Shown: positions 18,318-27,802 of the stretch, one piece after another | Layout: the number at the start of each line of letters is the position of its first letter | Position numbering within the stretch: position 1 is the stretch's first letter | Assembly (NCBI GenBank): GCA_009392915.1 | Contig: CP045477.1 | Span: forward strand, 96,001-160,000 | Direction: 5' to 3' | DNA: 64,000 bases | DNA from: Candidatus Forterrea multitransposorum CG_2015-17_Forterrea_25_41 | GTDB lineage: Archaea; Iainarchaeota; Iainarchaeia; Iainarchaeales; CSSED10-239 | Made by a program: the position numbers and the translations under genes | Notes under the pieces: generated by a model | Seen by the model: the letters and a program-made list of their open reading frames with translations, nothing else | Told to the model about the DNA's origin: nothing | Databases searched by the model: none

Positions 18318-19007
18318 ATGATTAAAAATATTATTGAAGTAAATAAACTTGAAAGAATATATTCTAATGGAATTGTTAAAACTTATGCCTTAAAAGACGT
18401 TTCTTTAAGTATAAAACCTGGTGAATTTGTTGCAATTATGGGGCCTAGTGGTTCTGGAAAAAGCACTTTACTTCATCAGTTAGGACTGTTAGATACTCCA
18501 ACTAATGGAAGTATTATTATTGATAATGAAGATGTATCGAAATTAACTGATAAACAAAAAACTACCTTTAGATTAGAAAAATTAGGTTATGTTTTTCAGT
18601 CATATAATTTATTACCAGAACTTAATGTTATTGAAAATGTTTTTTTAACCTCTATGGCTAAAGGTTTAGATCCTAAAGAATATAATTTGAGAGCAAAAGA
18701 TATTCTTGAAAAAGTAGGTTTAAAAGATAGATTGTATTATTATCCTTCTGAACTTTCTGGAGGTCAACAACAAAGAGTTTCTATTGCAAGAGCATTAGTT
18801 AATAAACCTAAAATTTTATTTGCAGATGAACCAACTGCAAATCTTGATTCTGATTCTTCTCAAGATATAATTGATTTATTTAAAAAATTAAATAAAGAAA
18901 TTAATCAAACTATTGTTATGGTAACACATGAATTAGAAGAAGGTAAAAAAGCAGATAGGATAATTTGGATTAAAGATGGTATTCTAGATAAGTCTGTAAA
19001 AGTTTAA
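18318..19007 (+). CDS. ABC transporter ATP-binding protein (MacB/LolD-type)
   Basis: Walker A GPSGSGKST, signature LSGGQQQRVSIARAL, Walker B ILFADEPT, H-loop VTHE. Confidence 0.95.
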   Translation: MIKNIIEVNKLERIYSNGIVKTYALKDVSLSIKPGEFVAIMGPSGSGKSTLLHQLGLLDTPTNGSIIIDNEDVSKLTDKQKTTFRLEKLGYVFQSYNLLPELNVIENVFLTSMAKGLDPKEYNLRAKDILEKVGLKDRLYYYPSELSGGQQQRVSIARALVNKPKILFADEPTANLDSDSSQDIIDLFKKLNKEINQTIVMVTHELEEGKKADRIIWIKDGILDKSVKV

Positions 19008-19108
19008 CTATTTATAAATAAAATATTTAATATTTTTATTATAACTATATTTTAAATAAAATTTAGATCTATAGATATTTTTATATATTTTATTAATATA
19101 GTTTATTT

Positions 19109-19618
19109 ATGAAGTCAAGATATATTTTATTAGTTTTAATATTGTTAATTATAATTATAGGTTTTATTATATTTTATAATAAATCAAATTCTAATTATTT
19201 TTTAAAAAATAATATTTTGGATAATAATTTATCTGTAGAAGAAATAAATGCTTTAAACGCAACTTTAAATGATGAATATAAAGCAGAAGCTATCTATCAA
19301 AAAGTTATTAATAAATTTGGAAATGTTCCACCTTTTGTAAATATTATGTCTGCTGAACAAAAACATAGTTCTTCTTTAATTATGTTATATAATAAATATA
19401 ATTTAACTATTCCAGAAAATGATTGGTATAATGAAGTTCCAGAATATGAAAGTGTTCAAGAAGCTTGTAAAGCAGGAGTTAATGCTGAAATTGAGAATGC
19501 TGCTTTATATGATGAAATGATGAAAAATATAACTCATGAAGATATAATTCAAGTTTTTAATTCCTTAAAAAATGCTTCTTTAGAAAAACATCTTCCTGCT
19601 TTTGAAAGATGTTCTTAA
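19109..19618 (+). CDS. DUF2202-type ferritin-like protein, N-terminally membrane-anchored
   Basis: N-terminal TM. LNDEYKAEAIYQKVI.KFG.V.PF.NI..AEQKH...L..L pattern remembered from DUF2202 (ferritin-like four-helix) proteins. Confidence 0.6.
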   Translation: MKSRYILLVLILLIIIIGFIIFYNKSNSNYFLKNNILDNNLSVEEINALNATLNDEYKAEAIYQKVINKFGNVPPFVNIMSAEQKHSSSLIMLYNKYNLTIPENDWYNEVPEYESVQEACKAGVNAEIENAALYDEMMKNITHEDIIQVFNSLKNASLEKHLPAFERCS

Positions 19619-19799
19619 TTAGTTGTATTAAATTTCATTTTTCTTTGAGGTTCAATTTCCGCCAGAAGCTTTGCTTTTTAATTTATGTTATTTTAATTTA
19701 TTTTTTATTACTTTTAGAAATAAATCTATTTAAATAGTTTATTTTTATATATATGTATTATTCGCGAATAATGTTGGACAAAAATTTTGAGGTGGTTGT

Positions 19800-20474
19800 G
19801 TGTTTGATATCGCAGATTTTCCAAAATTAGAATCTCCCTTTATAAGAAAAACTATTAATGAAAAATATATAGTAACTTTTGAGATTAATCCTAAATATAA
19901 ATGGATTTTTAATAGAAACATTGTTTTAGCTTCAGAAAAGATAGATGGAACTAATGTTTCAATAATTATAAATAAAGGAAAAATAATTGATATATACAAT
20001 AGAAAAAATAAAATTGAAATATTAGCAAATAAAAAATATTTTAGATTTATAGATGGTATCAACTATGCCTTATATAAAGAATTATTTAGAACAAATAAAT
20101 CTATGCAAATATTTGGAGAATTAATTGGGCCAACAGTTAATGGAAATCCCTATAATGAAGTAAGAAACATATGGGTGCCTTTTTCTTACTTAAAAGAAAA
20201 ATGTGAATTTAAATTTTGGAATAAATTTTTAGAAGAAGAAATTGACGGTAAAGATTTAAGCGAAAAAGAAATATTTGAAAAAACATCAAATATTTTTAAA
20301 AATCTTTGGAGTCTTTATTATAGAAGAAAAACAGGCGAAAAGATATTTGCTGAAGGAATTGTATTTTATAATAAAGAAACTGGAGAGATGTGTAAACTAA
20401 GAAGAGATATGTTTGATTGGTATGAAGGAATTAGTCATGATTTTTTTAAAGCTAAAGCAAAAAAAGATCTATAA
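19800..20474 (+). CDS. minimal ATP-dependent RNA ligase (Rnl2/PF09414-like adenylyltransferase domain only)
   Basis: Nucleotidyltransferase motifs in order: I EKIDGTN, III FGELIG, IV AEGIVFY, V CKLRR. 224 aa, no extra C-terminal domain. GTG start with GAGGTGG SD. Confidence 0.6.
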   Translation: MFDIADFPKLESPFIRKTINEKYIVTFEINPKYKWIFNRNIVLASEKIDGTNVSIIINKGKIIDIYNRKNKIEILANKKYFRFIDGINYALYKELFRTNKSMQIFGELIGPTVNGNPYNEVRNIWVPFSYLKEKCEFKFWNKFLEEEIDGKDLSEKEIFEKTSNIFKNLWSLYYRRKTGEKIFAEGIVFYNKETGEMCKLRRDMFDWYEGISHDFFKAKAKKDL

Positions 20475-20500
20475 AATGTAATTTTTATAAACATATTTTA

Positions 20501-20555
20501 TATTACTCACATCTGTGTATTACTCACAATCTTTTTAAATGTTTTGAGTAATACA
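20501..20555 (+). promoter_or_regulatory. direct and inverted repeats immediately upstream of the Fic gene
   Basis: TATTACTCACA at 20501-20511 and 20518-20528. TGTATTACTCA (20516-20526) is perfectly complementary to TGAGTAATACA (20545-20555), ending 5 nt before ATG 20561. TATA-like TTTTTATAAA at 20483-20492. Confidence 0.55.
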
Positions 20556-20560
20556 TATTT

Positions 20561-21496
20561 ATGAGTTATTTATCTAAACTTAAAAGAAATAATAAAACAT
20601 ATTATTATCTTGTAGAAAATATTCCTATATCTAAAGGTAGGCGAAAACAAATTAGAAAATATATAGGGACAATTAAACCTACAGATCAAAAATTATCTTT
20701 AGAACTATTAAAGTTTGAAAAAGAAATTACTTCTAAAAAAAAACAAATGCAAGGATTTACCTATTTAACTAAAGAAGAAATAAAAGAAGTAGATGAAATT
20801 AATTCAAATTTTTGGAAAAAATATAATAAATTATCAAAAACTGAGAGAGAAGAATTTTGGAATAATTTTATTGGAATTTTTGTTTTTAACACAAACTCAA
20901 TAGAAGGTTCAACTTTAACATTAAAGGAAGTTGAACTACTATTATCTGAAAATATATCTCCAAATAGACCTTTAGAAGATGTTTTAGAAGCAAAATCTGC
21001 AAAAAAAGCAATTAATTTTATTTTAAATTATAAATCTGATTTGTCAATAGATTTAATTACTAAAATTCATAAAATATATTTTAAAGAAAGCTTTCCAGAT
21101 ATAGCTGGTAAATTTAAAAGATTAAATAATAGAATAAAAGGATCAAAATTTGATACTACTCCAAAAGAACTAGTTTTAACTGATTTAAAAATACTTATAG
21201 ATAATTATAAAAAATTTAAAAAAGAATTACATCCAATAGAATTATCTGCTTGGTTGCATTGGTCTTTTGTAAAAATTCATCCTTTTCAAGATGGAAATGG
21301 AAGAATTTCAAGATTACTTATGAATTTTATACTTTTTAAAAATAAATATGCTTTAATAGATATTAAAACAAAAGAAAAACAAACATATTTTAATTCTCTT
21401 GAAAAATGTAATTATTTGAATAATGGAAAACCATTAGCTCAAAGATTAGTTAGAAGATTTAAAAAACAGTATAAAAATATATTTTCAAATTTATAG
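20561..21496 (+). CDS. Fic/DOC-family protein (AMPylase-type motif)
   Basis: Canonical Fic motif HPFQDGNGRISRLLMNF (HxFx[DE]GNGRxxR). Confidence 0.9.
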   Translation: MSYLSKLKRNNKTYYYLVENIPISKGRRKQIRKYIGTIKPTDQKLSLELLKFEKEITSKKKQMQGFTYLTKEEIKEVDEINSNFWKKYNKLSKTEREEFWNNFIGIFVFNTNSIEGSTLTLKEVELLLSENISPNRPLEDVLEAKSAKKAINFILNYKSDLSIDLITKIHKIYFKESFPDIAGKFKRLNNRIKGSKFDTTPKELVLTDLKILIDNYKKFKKELHPIELSAWLHWSFVKIHPFQDGNGRISRLLMNFILFKNKYALIDIKTKEKQTYFNSLEKCNYLNNGKPLAQRLVRRFKKQYKNIFSNL

Positions 21497-21525
21497 TTTT
21501 ATTAATTTTTTTTTAAAAGAAAAAA

Positions 21526-22272
21526 CTATTTATAACTTAAAAGCTTTTTAACATTTATATTCTCATTAAAAATCTCTTTTGACATTCCTTCAACATGTCC
21601 AGCACCAACAACAACCACAATGCTGTTAACATCTTCTTGTTGTAAGATCTGTCTAATACCATAAGCCATAAACTGATCTCTCTCATCAATCATTATTCTC
21701 TTTAAGGTCTTATGTCTTTTCATGAAAATTTCAAGAAGTTTATTTAGTTTGTCACCACTCTCTTCATCATCAACGCTTTTTAAAAGAACATTTACATCAA
21801 AGTCTTTACCAAGTTCTTTTCTTGTGTTAAATCCTCCAAAGAAAAGTCTAAATTTATCTCTAAAGGTTAAATTTTTTAAAAGTTTACTTAAAGTAAACTC
21901 TGCATCTCTATCCAGAAGTAAAAGCTTTGATTTATTCTCTTGAGCAGAAATAACTCCTTGCATCATTTCTTCTCCAGGAGTTGTATCAAATTTACTTGCA
22001 ATTTTTTTTTGAAATTTTTGTAAAACATAATATACTAAAAAAAGTCCAGGTTTTTTAGCTCTAAAAATATCTTTTAATCTAATCTCTCTTTTATTTTCTT
22101 TTGTCATCATGCTTTGAAATCTTTTTCTATCAAGCTCAATTCCAACAACATCAGGTTTTTCTAAATCAATAGTTTCTTTTACTTTTTCCTTGCTTTTTTT
22201 AGAAATATGTGCTGTTCCAACAATAATTATTTTTTTATTATTATAAAAAATAGTTTTAATCATAATTTTCAC
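21526..22272 (-). CDS. TraB/PrgY-family protein
   Basis: IIIVGTAHISKKS near the N-terminus and VVVVGAGHVEGM near the C-terminus are the two TraB-family (PF01963) signatures. Confidence 0.8.
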   Translation of the reverse strand: MKIMIKTIFYNNKKIIIVGTAHISKKSKEKVKETIDLEKPDVVGIELDRKRFQSMMTKENKREIRLKDIFRAKKPGLFLVYYVLQKFQKKIASKFDTTPGEEMMQGVISAQENKSKLLLLDRDAEFTLSKLLKNLTFRDKFRLFFGGFNTRKELGKDFDVNVLLKSVDDEESGDKLNKLLEIFMKRHKTLKRIMIDERDQFMAYGIRQILQQEDVNSIVVVVGAGHVEGMSKEIFNENINVKKLLSYK

Positions 22273-22380
22273 TTAAAATAAACATTTAAATAGGTTTTTA
22301 ATATATTATATATTATAAATAATAGGAAACATTTTTAATATGTTTTTAAAATATTTAAATTAAGGAAAATCAAGATATAT

Positions 22381-25300
22381 ATGAAAAATAAGATACTAAT
22401 AATTTTTTTATTTACAATTTTACTTTCAACTTTTATTTTTTCAGATCCTGTTGTAAAGATAAATGATAATTTAACAACATATACAAACAGTGATTCTGAA
22501 AACTTCTATGTTGAAGTAAGTAATACTGGAGATAATTGTGAAGTTGAATCTGATTTTATAAGTATTAATTTAAGTTCAGATGCAGCAAGTTCTTTTCCAT
22601 ATTTAATATACTGTAATCTTGAAAGAAATTATAGTGGTTATTTTTCAGTAGATTTTTCAACAAACACACCAACACCTCCAATACCAAATGTTTTAGTTAA
22701 TAATGAAGATACTGTTATTGCAGACTATAATGGGTTTACTGCTAATTTAGTAGTTGACACAATAAATACTATAACAGGAACTTTTGATTTAAATTCTGTT
22801 GATTCAGTTGTAAATAATTACTATAAAGGAGATGTTGAAGTTACTTCTTTAAGTTCTTTTTCAGATGCACATTCTGGTTTAAAAGAATATTACATTTATA
22901 TTGTTGAAGTTGATTCAGTAAATGACTATAGAGATGATTATTATAAGAGATTAATTGTAGATGTTAATGAAACTTCTATTGATTTAGGTACATCTACAAC
23001 TGTTTCTGATGGAAATTATTTTGTTTTAGTTGAAGCTTTAGATTATGCTGAAAATCTTGCAATACCTTCTCAAGTAATTTTAAATAAAAAAAATATGTAT
23101 GTTGATAATACAGCACCTCAAGTAACTTCTTTTAGTTTAGGAAGTTTTTCAGAAGGTACAACTTATTATGTTCCTTCAACAACTACTACTTTGACTTTAT
23201 TAATTGAAGATGATGGTGTAGGGGTAAGGAATGAACCTCTATATACACAAATAGATAGAGATAGTGTAAAGTTAGCAGATTATAATTCTATATTAGGCGG
23301 TTTCTTTTTTGATTTTACAACAGTTGATTATGATATTGATGGTTCATATGAGCTTGCAGCAACAGATCTTTTAGGTAATTTAAATGAAAAAACATTTTCA
23401 ATAATGATAGATGAAACTTCTCCAACAACTCCAACAATTTCAACAGTTACAAGAGCTGTAGATAATAATGTTACAATTTCAAATTGGGGTACTTCAACTG
23501 ATTCTGGAAGTGGTTTAAAAGAATACAAAGTCTATAGGTCAACTTCTTCTTTTACAGAAGTTTCAAATCAAGATTTAATTTGTACAGTTTCTGCAGCTGC
23601 TTCAAAAACTTGTCTTGATTCAACTTCAAAATCAGATGATACAAGATATTATTATGGTGTTACTGCAGTTGATAATGCAGGAAATAATAGTCCAGTTGTA
23701 ACTGCAAGCATAAAAACAGGTCCTGAACTTGATATTTATATTGATTTAGAAGATTCTGATTTTGTAAATACTGTTACTCCAGAGATAACTTTAGAGTATG
23801 GTTCTGATGTTAATGCTGTTAGATTTAGTTGTAATGCTTCAACTTTTACATCATGGGTTGAAGTTTCGGGAACTTCTGAGGTTTATGAAAGTTTTAATGT
23901 AACTTCTGGAAATGGATGTAATACAGATCAAGGAGATAAAATAATTTATGTTGAAGCAAGAAGTGAAGACGATCCTTATCTTATTACTAGAGAATCTTTT
24001 GAGTTTGAACTTGATTCAAAAGCACCAACAATACCTAGTAACATAGAAGTTTTAGAACAAGCAAATGGTTCTTTAAATATTTCTTGGACAAGCTCAACAG
24101 ATGTAAATGGTAGTGGTCTTGAAGAATACAGGATTTATTATTCAGAATCTGAGTCAGTTTCTAAATCCTCACAATATATGACTTCTTCAGATGAAGAGTA
24201 TATTTTTAATCCTAATGAAGATAAAACATTTTATTTTAAAATATCTGCAATTGATGAAGCATTAAATGAATCTGATCTTTCATCTATTGCTTCTGGAACT
24301 GCAAAAAGATTTGGACCTTCTTTTACTTTTAATGCAAGCCCAAAAAATTTAATTGATGATGTTTATTATTTAAAAAAAGGAAATGTTTTATTTACTATTA
24401 CAAGTAGTGAAGAATTAAAACAAACACCTATTATTAGACTTAAAATTGGTAATTCACCTTATAAATCAATTTCTGCAATTTATAGTAATTTAATTACAAC
24501 TTTTAATTATTCTTTAGAAGAAAGTGGAGATTCAATTTTAGAAATTACAGGTACAAATAATAATAATGAAACAACAACTGATACTTTTAATTTTATAGTA
24601 GATGCAGAAGTTCCAACTTTTACTGCTGACTATAATTTCTTTGAAGATACTAAATTATATGAATTTAAAATAAGTGATTTTTCAGATGATGTTTTCAGAG
24701 TTCAATATTTATTTAATAATGTTGAAGAAGTTTGTTTTATTGAAGATTCAAATAACAATTATCTTTGTTCACTTGATTCTACTCTTTATAAAGATGGTAA
24801 TCATAAAATGTATGTTTTAGTTTATGATAGAGCATTAAATTATGAAACTGAAATTATTTCTTTTGAAATAGATAATGTTGATGAAGCTTTAATTTTAAAA
24901 GAAAATTTAGTTGCTGAAATTAATACAAATATTTTTACAATTGAAGATAGAATTTCTTTCCTTCAAGCAATCTCTTTAGAAGTTTCTCAAGATGTTTTAG
25001 ATAAATTTTCTGAAGCTAAAGAAAAAGTTGTTCTTGCAAAATCTCTAGAAGATTCAAATAATTTTTCAGAAGCTGTAAATACTTATACTTCTGTAAATAA
25101 TTCTTTACTTGAGATATTAGAAGTTTTACCTACAGAAAATGTTTTAAAAACAAAAACTATTGAAATTGATCTTTTAGATAATTCTTTTGATCTTAATACA
25201 GTTATTTTGGATCAAAATATATTAACTGATAATTTGTCTTTTTATGATGTTAATAATCAAGACCTAAATTTTATATCAGTTTCAAGAGAATTTAGTGTTT

Positions 25301-25959
25301 TTGAAGTATCTGGTCAAAACTTTTATTCTAGTAATTTAATTTTTGTAAATGACTCTAATGTAGATAAAGTAATTTCTTTTATTGAAGTAATACCTAAAGA
25401 ATTTGAAAAATCTTCAGATAATATTTATTTTGATAGAAATATTGTTGTAATTGATAAAGATCCAATAATTCTTTATAATTTAGTAATTCCTAAAAATTCT
25501 TCTCTTACAACAAAATATATTAGTCAAACAGCAATTACAAGTTTTGATATTTTAACTAAATTTGATGCAATTGTTTACAAGTCTCCTCTTCTTTTAACTG
25601 GATCTGTAAATTTAGAAGATTTAAATTTTGAAAAACCTTTAATTGATAGTAAATCTTTATTTATGATAGCAGTTGTTCTTTTAATAATAATTATCTTACT
25701 TTTAGTAATCTGGATGGTGGCTTCTGGTCGTAAGAAAAAAGAAGATGTCTTTAAAGAAATGGAACCTAAGGATGCTATGAATAAATATCTTGGAAATAAA
25801 CTAAATAGTAATTCTCAAGAAAAATCTTCAACTGATTCTTCTTCATCTAAAACTTTAGAAGAAAAAGAAGAAGAGCATAAAAGTGATCTTGAAAAGAAAA
25901 AGAAGTATGATAGTAATTATGAGTTTATTTTAGATGCTGTTAAAAGAAGTAATAAATAA
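22381..25959 (+). CDS. large type-I membrane surface protein with Fn3-like repeats
   Basis: Signal peptide. Repeated modules containing [HG]SGL[KE]EY.[IV]Y ... A.D.A.N.S (three copies). C-terminal TM LFMIAVVLLIIIILLLVIWMV plus K/E/S-rich cytoplasmic tail. Confidence 0.6.
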   Translation: MKNKILIIFLFTILLSTFIFSDPVVKINDNLTTYTNSDSENFYVEVSNTGDNCEVESDFISINLSSDAASSFPYLIYCNLERNYSGYFSVDFSTNTPTPPIPNVLVNNEDTVIADYNGFTANLVVDTINTITGTFDLNSVDSVVNNYYKGDVEVTSLSSFSDAHSGLKEYYIYIVEVDSVNDYRDDYYKRLIVDVNETSIDLGTSTTVSDGNYFVLVEALDYAENLAIPSQVILNKKNMYVDNTAPQVTSFSLGSFSEGTTYYVPSTTTTLTLLIEDDGVGVRNEPLYTQIDRDSVKLADYNSILGGFFFDFTTVDYDIDGSYELAATDLLGNLNEKTFSIMIDETSPTTPTISTVTRAVDNNVTISNWGTSTDSGSGLKEYKVYRSTSSFTEVSNQDLICTVSAAASKTCLDSTSKSDDTRYYYGVTAVDNAGNNSPVVTASIKTGPELDIYIDLEDSDFVNTVTPEITLEYGSDVNAVRFSCNASTFTSWVEVSGTSEVYESFNVTSGNGCNTDQGDKIIYVEARSEDDPYLITRESFEFELDSKAPTIPSNIEVLEQANGSLNISWTSSTDVNGSGLEEYRIYYSESESVSKSSQYMTSSDEEYIFNPNEDKTFYFKISAIDEALNESDLSSIASGTAKRFGPSFTFNASPKNLIDDVYYLKKGNVLFTITSSEELKQTPIIRLKIGNSPYKSISAIYSNLITTFNYSLEESGDSILEITGTNNNNETTTDTFNFIVDAEVPTFTADYNFFEDTKLYEFKISDFSDDVFRVQYLFNNVEEVCFIEDSNNNYLCSLDSTLYKDGNHKMYVLVYDRALNYETEIISFEIDNVDEALILKENLVAEINTNIFTIEDRISFLQAISLEVSQDVLDKFSEAKEKVVLAKSLEDSNNFSEAVNTYTSVNNSLLEILEVLPTENVLKTKTIEIDLLDNSFDLNTVILDQNILTDNLSFYDVNNQDLNFISVSREFSVFEVSGQNFYSSNLIFVNDSNVDKVISFIEVIPKEFEKSSDNIYFDRNIVVIDKDPIILYNLVIPKNSSLTTKYISQTAITSFDILTKFDAIVYKSPLLLTGSVNLEDLNFEKPLIDSKSLFMIAVVLLIIIILLLVIWMVASGRKKKEDVFKEMEPKDAMNKYLGNKLNSNSQEKSSTDSSSSKTLEEKEEEHKSDLEKKKKYDSNYEFILDAVKRSNK

Positions 25960-25971
25960 TTTTGAAAAAAT

Positions 25972-27156
25972 ATGATTGAAGGTATAGATAAAAGAATAAT
26001 TATTGTTGGTGGTGGACCAACAGGACTTTATTGTGCTTATCTTTTAAAAAAATTAAATCCAAATATAATTATTACAGTCATAGAAGAACATAAAACTTGT
26101 GGTTCTCCAATGTGTTGTAGTGGTTTAATTGATGTTTCTGGTTATAATAGATTAAAGCTTAAAAATTTTTTAGTTTTAAAAGACTTTTTAATAAATAAAA
26201 TATATGGATCTCACATCTATGGTCCTTTAGAAGCAAAAATAGATGTTCTTTCAAAAGATGTTAAAGCATATGTTATTGATAGAGAAAAATTTGATAATAG
26301 TATAAAAGAATTAGCCTTAAGTTTTGATGTTGAACTTTTATCTGGAAAAAGAGTTGTTTCTATTGAAAATAATTTTGTAACTTTTAAAGATTTAGAAACT
26401 GATTCTGAAGAACAATTAAGATACGATTATTTAGTTGGAGCAGATGGTCCTAATTCTTTGGTGAGAAAAACTTTTTTCCCTGAAATTAAAAACTCAGAGT
26501 TTGTGCATACTTATCAAGTAACAGTTGAAGGAAATTTTGATAATAGAAATGTTTCTGTTTATTTAGGTGATTTTGCAAAAGGTTTATTTGCATGGATTGT
26601 TCCTGAATCATCAAGTGTTGCAAAAATTGGTTTAGGTGTTTCTTTAGGTAAAAATCCTAAAGATGCTTTTTTAAAATTTAAAGAAAAATATAAATTGACT
26701 TATCAAAGAGAGATTTATGAATGTTCAGGTATATTGCCTATCTCTAAACCATTAAAAAATTTAGTGCATGACAATGTTTTACTTGTTGGAGATGCTGCTT
26801 GTTTTGTAAAGTCTACAACTGGAGGAGGAGTGAATTTTGGACTTCTTTCTTCTGAAATGGCATCAAAAGCAATTAATGAAAGAATTAAAGAGTATAAGTC
26901 TCTTAAAAACTATAATACTTTATTAAAAAAATACCGTAAAGAATTAAATACTCATTATAAGATTAGGAATTATTTATTGTCTAAAAATTTTGTAGAACAA
27001 GATAAATTGCTTTTAAAGATTAAAGATTCAAATATTCATAAAATTTTAGAAGAATATGGCAACATGGATTATCCTAGTGAATTTTTATCAAAGATTTTTA
27101 CAAATAAAAATAGTTTTTTATTAATTCCTGAATTTTTTAAATTTATTATTAAATAG
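25972..27156 (+). CDS. geranylgeranyl reductase-family FAD-dependent oxidoreductase
   Basis: Dinucleotide-binding IIIVGGGPTGLYCAYLL, ..LVGADGPNS.. and LLVGDAACFV motifs typical of archaeal GGR. Confidence 0.8.
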   Translation: MIEGIDKRIIIVGGGPTGLYCAYLLKKLNPNIIITVIEEHKTCGSPMCCSGLIDVSGYNRLKLKNFLVLKDFLINKIYGSHIYGPLEAKIDVLSKDVKAYVIDREKFDNSIKELALSFDVELLSGKRVVSIENNFVTFKDLETDSEEQLRYDYLVGADGPNSLVRKTFFPEIKNSEFVHTYQVTVEGNFDNRNVSVYLGDFAKGLFAWIVPESSSVAKIGLGVSLGKNPKDAFLKFKEKYKLTYQREIYECSGILPISKPLKNLVHDNVLLVGDAACFVKSTTGGGVNFGLLSSEMASKAINERIKEYKSLKNYNTLLKKYRKELNTHYKIRNYLLSKNFVEQDKLLLKIKDSNIHKILEEYGNMDYPSEFLSKIFTNKNSFLLIPEFFKFIIK

Positions 27157-27769
27157 ATTTATTTTCTAATTTTTCAATTTCTCTTTCAAAATCTTTCCAA
27201 CTTTCAATTTTTTTAGTATTTTTAGGAAGTGGTCTTTTTTTATTCCATTTATATTGATTATTTTTATCAAATAAAAAAAGTTTTGTTTTTGAATTTTTTG
27301 AAGCTATGTCTTTTATTTCATCTAAATTATCTTCAATTACAACATCTATTTTAAATTTATTTACTAAATCTCCTTTAGTAAATATAGGTTCATTTTTATC
27401 TGTATTTTTATAATCAATAAATAATATTTCTTCAAATTTATTTTTATAATGTTTATCAATCCAAAGAATTGTTTGAAATTTAACTTTACTATTTCTTGCT
27501 GTAATTATATATATTTGATGTTTTAAACTTAATTTCTTAATAACTCTTGTAGAGCCTTTAATAGGTTTCATTGATAAATGTTTTTCTGTATTAAGAAATT
27601 CTTCCCAGTCATTATAAAAACTATTAAAATCAGAATGGAATAAATCATAGCCTGATGGTTTTTTTGAATGCACTTCTTTTTTTTTAAGAGAATATTTTTT
27701 ATTTAAATAGTTAATAATTGTTTTGAAAGTAGGTGCAATGGTATTATCAATATCTATTCCAATTTTCAT
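27149..27769 (-). CDS. HAD-superfamily 5'(3')-deoxyribonucleotidase-like protein (NT5C family)
   Basis: HAD motif I at the N-terminus (MKIGIDIDNTIA). Size and ..IITAR.. / ..VIEDN.. motifs resemble PF06941. Confidence 0.55.
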   Translation of the reverse strand: MKIGIDIDNTIAPTFKTIINYLNKKYSLKKKEVHSKKPSGYDLFHSDFNSFYNDWEEFLNTEKHLSMKPIKGSTRVIKKLSLKHQIYIITARNSKVKFQTILWIDKHYKNKFEEILFIDYKNTDKNEPIFTKGDLVNKFKIDVVIEDNLDEIKDIASKNSKTKLFLFDKNNQYKWNKKRPLPKNTKKIESWKDFEREIEKLENKSI

Positions 27770-27802
27770 AATTAATCATATTTTATTATATATATTAAAT
27801 AT

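Noticed and set aside
19641-19670. GAGGTTCAATTTCCGCC resembling a tRNA T-loop (GGTTCAAATCC)
   Set aside because: The flanks cannot form a T stem or acceptor stem, so this is probably a chance match.
19745-20062. 105-aa minus-strand ORF overlapping the RNA-ligase-like gene
   Set aside because: The + strand ORF carries ordered ligase motifs I, III, IV and V and a GAGGTGG SD. The minus ORF is I/F/L-rich with no motifs.
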